This document shows, piece after piece, positions 20,996-27,025 of a stretch of DNA of 31,135 bases. Numbering within the stretch: the stretch's first letter is position 1; every line of letters starts with the position of its first letter. The stretch lies in IMG/VR virus record IMGVR_UViG_644736359_000006; one strand, given 5' to 3'. The notes beneath the pieces were generated by a model. The model was not told the origin of the DNA, did no database searches, and was given only the letters and a program-made list of their open reading frames with translations. The position numbers were made by a program, and so were the translations under genes. The stretch comes from a virus (Duplodnaviria; Heunggongvirae; Uroviricota; Caudoviricetes).

Positions 20996-21607
20996 AGCCT
21001 GCTTCTCCTTGCCTTTCGGCACGTAAGAGGCTAACCTACATGTGTCTAGCATGAAATTGGCCTCAGATTAATGTTAAGCGTCTTGCAGGACGCGTAATGT
21101 TAACTGGGGCTTTTCTCTATCTGCCGTTGGTGTTCATGCCCGAGGCAGATAGCCTCAAGCACCCGCAGCCATTCTACTTAACTACCGTTACCTCTCCAAT
21201 ATGAAATCAATCAGAAAGGTGATCCATAAGAACAATAACAAGACAATAAATTGCCATTACAGCCACAATAGCCAGCGTGCATTTGAGAACCAGCACATAA
21301 ATCTCCTGCTCTTGACGTATACAGGCACTGATAAATATGTGTCTTCGTGCTCGTTACTTCAATACGTAAGCGTCAGTTGCGCGTAATCAAATCAGACAAC
21401 CGACTTTAAACCAGGGACAAACAGCAGGTAAAATAATCAAACGTTATTTTAAGCCATATCATGGCTGCAAGATTTCCTCTAATTTCAACAAGATGAGCAG
21501 GTCATTGCTTGCACTGATGACCTGCTCATTAATCATGATTATTTGAAAATTAAGGTAGGCGTACTATATATAGAAACACTGCTACGCTCCGTTGGCATAA
21601 TATAAAA

Positions 21608-22294
21608 TCATTCCTGGCCTTCTTTACCGTAGTGGAGTTGACCAATTTTGATTAGAGGGCGTCCCTGAGATTTGCGGTGTAGATTGGTATCGCGCAGTGA
21701 ATACACGCAGCCACAATATTCCTGCTGATAGAATTGTTCGCGCTTGCTGATTTCAATCATGCGGGAAGAGCCGCCCTGCTTTCGCCAGTTATAATCCCAG
21801 TACACCATGCCCGGATAATACGCGACGGCTCGCCGTCCACAGTCGTTAACCTGCTGCATATTTTTCCAGCGTGAAATGCCCAGTGAGCTACTGATCACAC
21901 TGAAACCATTTTCAGCGGCATACAGCGCAGTCCGCTCAAAACGCATGTCAAAACACATGGTACAACGGATCCCTCGTTCAGGCTCCCATTCCATTCCTTT
22001 GGCTCGCTCAAACCAGTTGTCTGTGTCGTAATCAGCATCAATAAATGGCACGCCGTGTTGTTTAGCAAAGCGAATATTCTCATCCTTACGAATTAAATAC
22101 TCTTTCTGAGGATGAATGTTCGGGTTGTAGAAAAAGATGGTGTAGTCGATTCCCGAGGCCTGAAGCGCCTCCATCACTTCACCGGAACATGGAGCACAGC
22201 AAGAGTGCAGTAATAGTTTTTTTGCCCCGTTTGGGAGCTCCAATTTGGGGCGTTTGAAATCAGCAACAGTCATAAATGTGTTTATGAGGTTCAT
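21608..22294 (-). CDS. QueH-like (DUF208) epoxyqueuosine reductase homologue
   Basis: Motifs [12 protein letters not shown] near the N-terminus and [10 protein letters not shown] near the C-terminus; start codon uncertain (ATG 22294 or 22273, or GTG 22387), none with a clear RBS. Confidence 0.5.
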   Translation of the reverse strand: MNLINTFMTVADFKRPKLELPNGAKKLLLHSCCAPCSGEVMEALQASGIDYTIFFYNPNIHPQKEYLIRKDENIRFAKQHGVPFIDADYDTDNWFERAKGMEWEPERGIRCTMCFDMRFERTALYAAENGFSVISSSLGISRWKNMQQVNDCGRRAVAYYPGMVYWDYNWRKQGGSSRMIEISKREQFYQQEYCGCVYSLRDTNLHRKSQGRPLIKIGQLHYGKEGQE

Positions 22295-22326
22295 GAAAAT
22301 AGCAAAAAGTGTAGCATCAGAACGGG

Positions 22327-22560
22327 CTATCGGAAACAGATGTCTAAATCTGGTAATGTCTGCTTTTGATGCAAAGCAGACAACCACGGCAGCGCACGAA
22401 AATCAGCTATAATGTCGGGATTAATAATCGGGTGACGTCCATCACATAGCGAATGTTCCTCTTTCCTGATATCGCTAAATATCGACCATTCGTCATTCTT
22501 ATCGAACCAGAGCATGCGACTGCCACAGCACATGTCGAGAATGGTAGCCGATGTACTCAC
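22327..22560 (-). CDS. Small ORF with DMCCGS motif, possibly 5' part of a frameshift-split gene
   Basis: GTG start overlapping the upstream stop (GTGA) with GAGGTGA RBS; product ...[19 protein letters not shown]...; frame overlaps the QueH-like frame by ~60 nt. Confidence 0.3.
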   Translation of the reverse strand: MSTSATILDMCCGSRMLWFDKNDEWSIFSDIRKEEHSLCDGRHPIINPDIIADFRALPWLSALHQKQTLPDLDICFR

Positions 22561-22979
22561 AGCATCACCTCCCGATAATTCCCCTGATAAAACGTCAGAA
22601 CACGCTGCATAACTTCGCTCTTCCGGCACTCGCGACAGATTATGTTTAGACGACTGTCGTAGCGGCGTATTTCTCCATCAGGTAATGACCAGATAAGGTC
22701 CGGATCAACCACAGCAGGTTTCTTCACCTTTGCCCTCGAGAGTTTTTTGCGGGCGTTTTGCCAGTCCTTACGCGCCTGTTCAGACGGGAATAACCCGTAG
22801 CCGGAGTTGTATACATCGCCACTGGCTACCAGCTCTCTGGCAAGAACGCTCATCAGATATCTAGTCGCACCTGTTTTAGCTTCCAGTTGCCGTAACGTCT
22901 CACGACCGCTCTGGCGCACGAGTTCCACCACCTGCCCTTTAATTTTTTCCCGCTCTTCTTGTGTAAAAACTTTTGCCAC
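22557..22979 (-). CDS. Hypothetical protein, possible DNA-binding
   Basis: 140-aa basic ORF with C-terminal ...ICRECRK... cysteine pair; family not recognised. Confidence 0.45.
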   Translation of the reverse strand: MAKVFTQEEREKIKGQVVELVRQSGRETLRQLEAKTGATRYLMSVLARELVASGDVYNSGYGLFPSEQARKDWQNARKKLSRAKVKKPAVVDPDLIWSLPDGEIRRYDSRLNIICRECRKSEVMQRVLTFYQGNYREVML

Positions 22980-23019
22980 AACTCCCCCTTAAAATTACCT
23001 CATGACCTGAAATCAACAC

Positions 23020-24039
23020 TTATCCTCTGAAACCAGGCGGAATTTCTGTATCCGGTTCAGAAATATGATTAACACAACGCTGTACAGGTGAACGTCCCAG
23101 GCGGATGACCAGTTCGTCCCATTTTTCGCGGAGCTTTGACGGGCTCATGATGTTTTTTACCCAGAATGGATCTCGCTGAACCCGACCAAACATTTCGCAA
23201 ATTTGTCTGTGGCTTCTGCCATCCAGCATCCGCATTGTGCGCACGTCATTGGCCCAGGCAGTCCAGTTAGGCTCTTTTGGTCGCATGATCTCGCCATCAT
23301 CACTGGCTGCCTGTTCGTAGAGACCCACGATCCGCCCCCAGATCCACTGCGCACACGCCAAATCCTCCCTGCTACCCCACTGGCGTTTTTTCGCACTAAA
23401 CACAACCGCGTCGGAGTTCCGGGTTAAAAAATCCTGTTCAGTCGTCTGCGGGTCCGGTTGCGAAGCTTCCGGACGAAAAGTGTTTTTATTCTCTGTAGTA
23501 ATCTCTGTTGTATTCTCTGTAAGATCATCAGGCCATTTTGACCCGATGACATTGGATCGTTTTGAACCAATGGAGCGTTTCATTTTGACCTCTTCCATCG
23601 TGTCATTTTGACCTGATGGAGCGGCGCATTTTGAACCGATGGATTCGTTCAATTTGCCACCATCTAAAAGCTCGCTCCCATAGTTGATCGTGTAGAAATT
23701 GGTCATATCGCGCTTTGATTTATTGAGCTTTTCACAACGCAAAAGCCCCAGCGTTTTCAGACTTGCAAACGCGCGCTTTAACGTTGACTCTGACCAGAAT
23801 GGGAACTGTTCCAGCCATTGTTCCGTTGTGTTATAAATCCAGCGAACACCATCACATTCCATACCGGAGTTGGTATCTCTCAACCAGTAGTGCAGTTGTT
23901 GCAAAACAATGGCTTCGTTTAAGCCGATTTTCATTGCCAGCTGCGTGTTTATAACCAGTGGGCGTTCAGCAAAAAGAAGACTCATAATTCCATCCAGCTT
24001 TTTGTTGGTATTGCTGTCGATACGCAAGCTTGAAAGCAA
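23020..24039 (-). CDS. Phage replication initiator (O-like / replisome organiser)
   Basis: 339-aa ORF; N-terminal ...PLVINTQLAMKIGLNEAIVLQQLHYWL... HTH region; central SIGSK repeats encoded by iterons; likely start at internal MSLLFAERP (23985). Confidence 0.6.
   Translation of the reverse strand: MLSSLRIDSNTNKKLDGIMSLLFAERPLVINTQLAMKIGLNEAIVLQQLHYWLRDTNSGMECDGVRWIYNTTEQWLEQFPFWSESTLKRAFASLKTLGLLRCEKLNKSKRDMTNFYTINYGSELLDGGKLNESIGSKCAAPSGQNDTMEEVKMKRSIGSKRSNVIGSKWPDDLTENTTEITTENKNTFRPEASQPDPQTTEQDFLTRNSDAVVFSAKKRQWGSREDLACAQWIWGRIVGLYEQAASDDGEIMRPKEPNWTAWANDVRTMRMLDGRSHRQICEMFGRVQRDPFWVKNIMSPSKLREKWDELVIRLGRSPVQRCVNHISEPDTEIPPGFRG
23534..23661. repeat. Origin-like iterons inside the replication gene
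   Basis: 5-6 copies of CATTTTGA(C/A)C...ATGGAGCG with ~23-bp period; adjacent 23490-23520 has three TCTCTGT repeats and AT-rich DNA. Confidence 0.65.
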
Positions 24040-24487
24040 TTGCTTTTTCTATAAGTTCGTCAGTTTCACGATCTACAACGGCAGGATCTGCAAAAAGCAG
24101 TCCGGATTCCACCACATCGCCATATTCTTTATTTAACCCGGCGATCATGTACGTAATACTTTTTCCATCACTGATCTCACGATACAACCTGAAATCACTA
24201 ATCCGGATAGCCTCCATAATTGCAGGCACTAGCGCTGTGAACTTTTCACGCTTATCCCTGGTGTCGATAGCCTTCCAGCGTTCGAATATCTTCACTCGAT
24301 TAACGCTAAGCGCTCGCTGATCAACCGCGCCACCTTCATATGTGACACGCTGAACATCGATGTTCGGGCGCTCTTTCAAAGCCCAGAATGCTTCAGTGAT
24401 TAATATCGTCGCCTGCTCCTGTGTCATTCCTGGTCGACATATCCAGGCATCCAGAGCCTCACGAGCCTGTTCAGGAGTGATTTTCAT
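23966..24487 (-). CDS. Hypothetical protein at the cII position
   Basis: 173-aa ORF overlapping both neighbours (operon coupling); possibly YdaT-like, not verified. Confidence 0.4.
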   Translation of the reverse strand: MKITPEQAREALDAWICRPGMTQEQATILITEAFWALKERPNIDVQRVTYEGGAVDQRALSVNRVKIFERWKAIDTRDKREKFTALVPAIMEAIRISDFRLYREISDGKSITYMIAGLNKEYGDVVESGLLFADPAVVDRETDELIEKAIAFKLAYRQQYQQKAGWNYESSFC

Positions 24488-24701
24488 TGTTCAACCGCCC
24501 CGCCCGCTTCGTCTTACGATATTCGTCATAAACTTTGGGATCATACTGAAGCTCCCCGCCAGATGCCTCCTGTAGACGCATCGCGCGACCTTCAGGAACC
24601 AGTATCCCCCAAGCAGCAACACTTGCCAGTCTCACTCCTGCGGCATTGGCAAGCTTTGTTTTGCTGCCAAAAAAAGTAATTGCGTCAACTTTAAGCATCA
24701 A
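24471..24701 (-). CDS. dicC: DicC-like (Cro-like) regulator
   Basis: 76-aa ORF MMLKVDAITFFGSKTKLANAAGVRLASVAAWG... with HTH; divergent from dicA across a 77-bp operator region. Confidence 0.65.
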   Translation of the reverse strand: MMLKVDAITFFGSKTKLANAAGVRLASVAAWGILVPEGRAMRLQEASGGELQYDPKVYDEYRKTKRAGRLNNENHS

Positions 24702-24710
24702 AGCCCCCTC

Positions 24711-24730
24711 TTGTTAGACTTTTCTAACAT
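24711..24730. promoter_or_regulatory. Operator palindrome in dicC-dicA intergenic region
   Basis: TTGTTAGA-cttt-TCTAACA inverted repeat. Confidence 0.55.
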
Positions 24731-24778
24731 TATTGTGCGCGGGATACCTAAGTCAAGAAAAATTAGAATTACCTAACT

Positions 24779-25186
24779 ATGGATACAAGAACCCTAGGCC
24801 AGCGAGTTCTGGCGCGACGAAAAGAATTACGCTTAACACAACGAGAAGCTGCGCGCCTCGCTGGAGTTGCTCACGTCACAATTTCACAATGGGAAAGAGA
24901 CGAAACCCAGCCAGTCGGAAAACGATTGTTTGCTTTAGCGGATGCTCTGAAGTGCTCACCTACATGGCTAATGTTTGGTGACGAAGACAAGGCACCAGTG
25001 CCTGCACAAGAACTTCATGTGGAAACAGAGCTAACTCCCAACCACAAAGAATTGATCGAATTATTCGATGCTCTTCCATCTTCCGAGCAGGAAGCCTTGC
25101 TGTCTGAAATGCGCGCAAGAGTAGAAAACTTCAACAAACTCTTCGAAGAAATGCTTAAAGCGCGTAAAAATAAATCAATAAAATAA
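24779..25186 (+). CDS. dicA: DicA-family XRE HTH repressor
   Basis: 135-aa ORF with motifs ...LTQREAARLAGVAHVTISQWERDETQP...SPTWLMFGDEDK...MRARVENFNKLFEEMLKARK. Confidence 0.85.
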   Translation: MDTRTLGQRVLARRKELRLTQREAARLAGVAHVTISQWERDETQPVGKRLFALADALKCSPTWLMFGDEDKAPVPAQELHVETELTPNHKELIELFDALPSSEQEALLSEMRARVENFNKLFEEMLKARKNKSIK

Positions 25187-25221
25187 CATTCTTTTCAAGT
25201 GATTAGTTGCGCCCACCCTTT

Positions 25222-25278
25222 TTGTTAGATCAATCTAACAAAAAACACTTGCCTCTCATGTTAGGTTATTCTAAATTA
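25222..25278 (+). promoter_or_regulatory. Putative DicA-repressed promoter/operators of the dicB operon
   Basis: Second copy TTGTTAGA-tcaa-TCTAACAA (25222-25241), candidate -35 TTGCCT (25250-25255) and -10 TAAATT (25273-25278) at 17-bp spacing, degenerate third half-site pair TGTTAGG..TCTAAAT over the spacer. Confidence 0.5.
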
Positions 25279-25354
25279 CTTTCCATCAAGACACCGCACG
25301 GTGTTCTCAGCAAACAGTTCCGCTACCCCGGCGTTAAGGGGAAATGAGGTCAGC

Positions 25355-25507
25355 ATGGATACTATCGATCTTGGCAACAGCGAATCTCTGGTATGTGGCG
25401 TGTTCCCCAACCAGGACGGTACGTTCACCGCGATGACATATACCAAAAGCAAAACGTTTAAAACCGAATCTGGCGCGCGTTGCTGGTTAGCCAGAAACAC
25501 TGACTGA
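25355..25507 (+). CDS. ydfA: YdfA-like small protein
   Basis: 50-aa product MDTIDLGNSESLVCGVFPNQDGTFTAMTYTKSKTFKTESGARCWLARNTD; GAGG RBS. Confidence 0.6.
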   Translation: MDTIDLGNSESLVCGVFPNQDGTFTAMTYTKSKTFKTESGARCWLARNTD

Positions 25508-25884
25508 TGAGGCTGACGATGGAATTTAAAGATTTACCGTCTGATGTACAGAAAACAGCAGCTCATACATTGCATTCTGTGCTGCGAGAAATCGGGAAAG
25601 ATATTGCAAGCGAGCCAGCAAAAGATCTGGCCCGGAAAATCAAGACCGCTTTCGTTGAGCTTTATAATGTTGGCACTGACTCTGAAACTGTCGAGACCAA
25701 GACCGTAAGTTCACCAATATTCTCACTTGAGCCAGGCGTATTATCAGGTGAAATATGCACCGAGATTTCCAGCGAACTGCTTCCGGTAATACGAGAAGCA
25801 ATTTGCCGTCGCGGTTTGGATGGAAGTTACGATCATGACGTCCTGCAAGTTCTCAGGACAATGGTGACTTCACTGGGGATTTGA
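25507..25884 (+). CDS. YdfB/YdfC-like protein (single 125-aa ORF)
   Basis: Start overlaps the ydfA stop (TGATG); family assignment from position only. Confidence 0.5.
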   Translation: MRLTMEFKDLPSDVQKTAAHTLHSVLREIGKDIASEPAKDLARKIKTAFVELYNVGTDSETVETKTVSSPIFSLEPGVLSGEICTEISSELLPVIREAICRRGLDGSYDHDVLQVLRTMVTSLGI

Positions 25885-26053
25885 TCCCTGCGTCCTCTAA
25901 CCTTTTGATATAGCGGTCCTCCAAGAAGCGGTAAATTTTGTCGAAATCATCTTTCCCCTCTGGTTTATTCAGAGGATTACAGGACCCGTAAGTAGCGGCA
26001 TACATTTCAACCGTTTTATCAAAAATATAAGAGACAAATTCTTCTTTAGTCAT
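25853..26053 (-). CDS. Candidate antisense small protein inside the dicB operon
   Basis: 66-aa ORF MTKEEFVSYIFDKTVEMYAATYGSC... with AAGGAA RBS 6-7 nt upstream of ATG; convergent overlap with the 125-aa gene. Confidence 0.35.
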   Translation of the reverse strand: MTKEEFVSYIFDKTVEMYAATYGSCNPLNKPEGKDDFDKIYRFLEDRYIKRLEDAGIKSPVKSPLS

Positions 26054-26327
26054 ATAGATTTCCTTCTTGGTTATTCGGGATAAGAAGGATACCACCTCGC
26101 CTGACGTGGTTAAAAGCAGGCACACAACACGAAAGCGCACGGCGAAGTTCGTCTCACTGTACGGTGTCGTTAAATTTAATTCGACCGTGCGCTTCCGGTT
26201 GTGGCAACCCGCGAAATGGCGCGGCGGTAAGTATGGCGGGGTTATTCCTTCCCCGTTGAGGACACCGAGTTGTCAGGTTGACCATACGCTTAAGTGACAA
26301 CCCCGCTGCAACGCCCTCTGTTATCAA

Positions 26328-26380
26328 TTTTCTGGTGACGTTTGGCGGTATCAGTTTTACTCCGTGACTGCTCTGCCGCC
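26328..26380 (+). ncRNA. dicF: DicF small RNA
   Basis: Sequence tttctggtgacgtttggcggtatcagttttactccgtgactgctctgccgcc followed by gttttt matches the 53-nt DicF with its 3' terminator hairpin. Confidence 0.85.
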
Positions 26381-26555
26381 GTTTTTAAAGTGAATTTTGT
26401 GATGCGGTGAATGCGGCTAAGCGCACGCGGAACAGTTAAAACCAAAAACAGTGTTATGGGTGGATTCTCTGTATCCGGCGTTAATTGTTAACTGGTTAAC
26501 GTCACCTGGAGGCACCAGGCACTGCATCACAAAATTCATTGTTGAGGACGCGATA

Positions 26556-26744
26556 ATGAAAACGTTATTACCAAACGTTAATACGTCTGAAGGTTGTTTT
26601 GAAATTGGTGTCACTATCAGTAACCCTGTATTTACTGAAGATGCCATTAACAAGAGAAAACAAGAACGGGAGCTATTAAATAAAATATGCATTGTTTCAA
26701 TGCTGGCTCGTTTACGTCTGATGCCAAAAGGATGTACACAATGA
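26556..26744 (+). CDS. dicB: Cell division inhibitor DicB
   Basis: 62-aa product MKTLLPNVNTSEGCFEIGVTISNPVFTEDAINKRKQERELLNKICIVSMLARLRLMPKGCTQ; GAGGA RBS. Confidence 0.85.
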   Translation: MKTLLPNVNTSEGCFEIGVTISNPVFTEDAINKRKQERELLNKICIVSMLARLRLMPKGCTQ

Positions 26745-26932
26745 ATTCAGCATTTGCGCTTGTTCTGACAGTTTTTCTTGTTTCCGGAGAGCCAGTTGAT
26801 ATTGCAGACAGTGTTCACAGGACAATGCAGGAGTGTATGACTGCAGCAACCGAACAGAAAATTCCCGGTAACTGTTACCCGGTCGATAAAGTTATTCACC
26901 AGGATAATATCGAAATCCCGGCAGGTCTTTAA
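26741..26932 (+). CDS. ydfD: YdfD-like small membrane (lysis-associated) protein
   Basis: 63-aa product with N-terminal hydrophobic helix; ATG overlaps the dicB stop (ATGA). Confidence 0.75.
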   Translation: MNSAFALVLTVFLVSGEPVDIADSVHRTMQECMTAATEQKIPGNCYPVDKVIHQDNIEIPAGL

Positions 26933-27025
26933 AACAGTTCCGTAATAAATATCCGGTTTCATTCTTATATGCCAGCAATGGCAGGGATTTGTTCATCCTT
27001 AAATCTGTCATGAGGTTAAAACAAA

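Noticed and set aside
20996-21607. relB/relE antitoxin-toxin genes expected upstream of hokD
   Set aside because: No ORF with RelE or RelB character in this interval; only short low-quality ORFs, including a 23-codon Cys-rich frame at 21211-21282 without RBS
23534-23661. Regularly spaced direct repeats that could be mistaken for a CRISPR array
   Set aside because: Period is ~23 bp with no spacers of unique sequence, repeats are imperfect and lie inside a replication-initiator coding sequence; this is an iteron origin, not CRISPR
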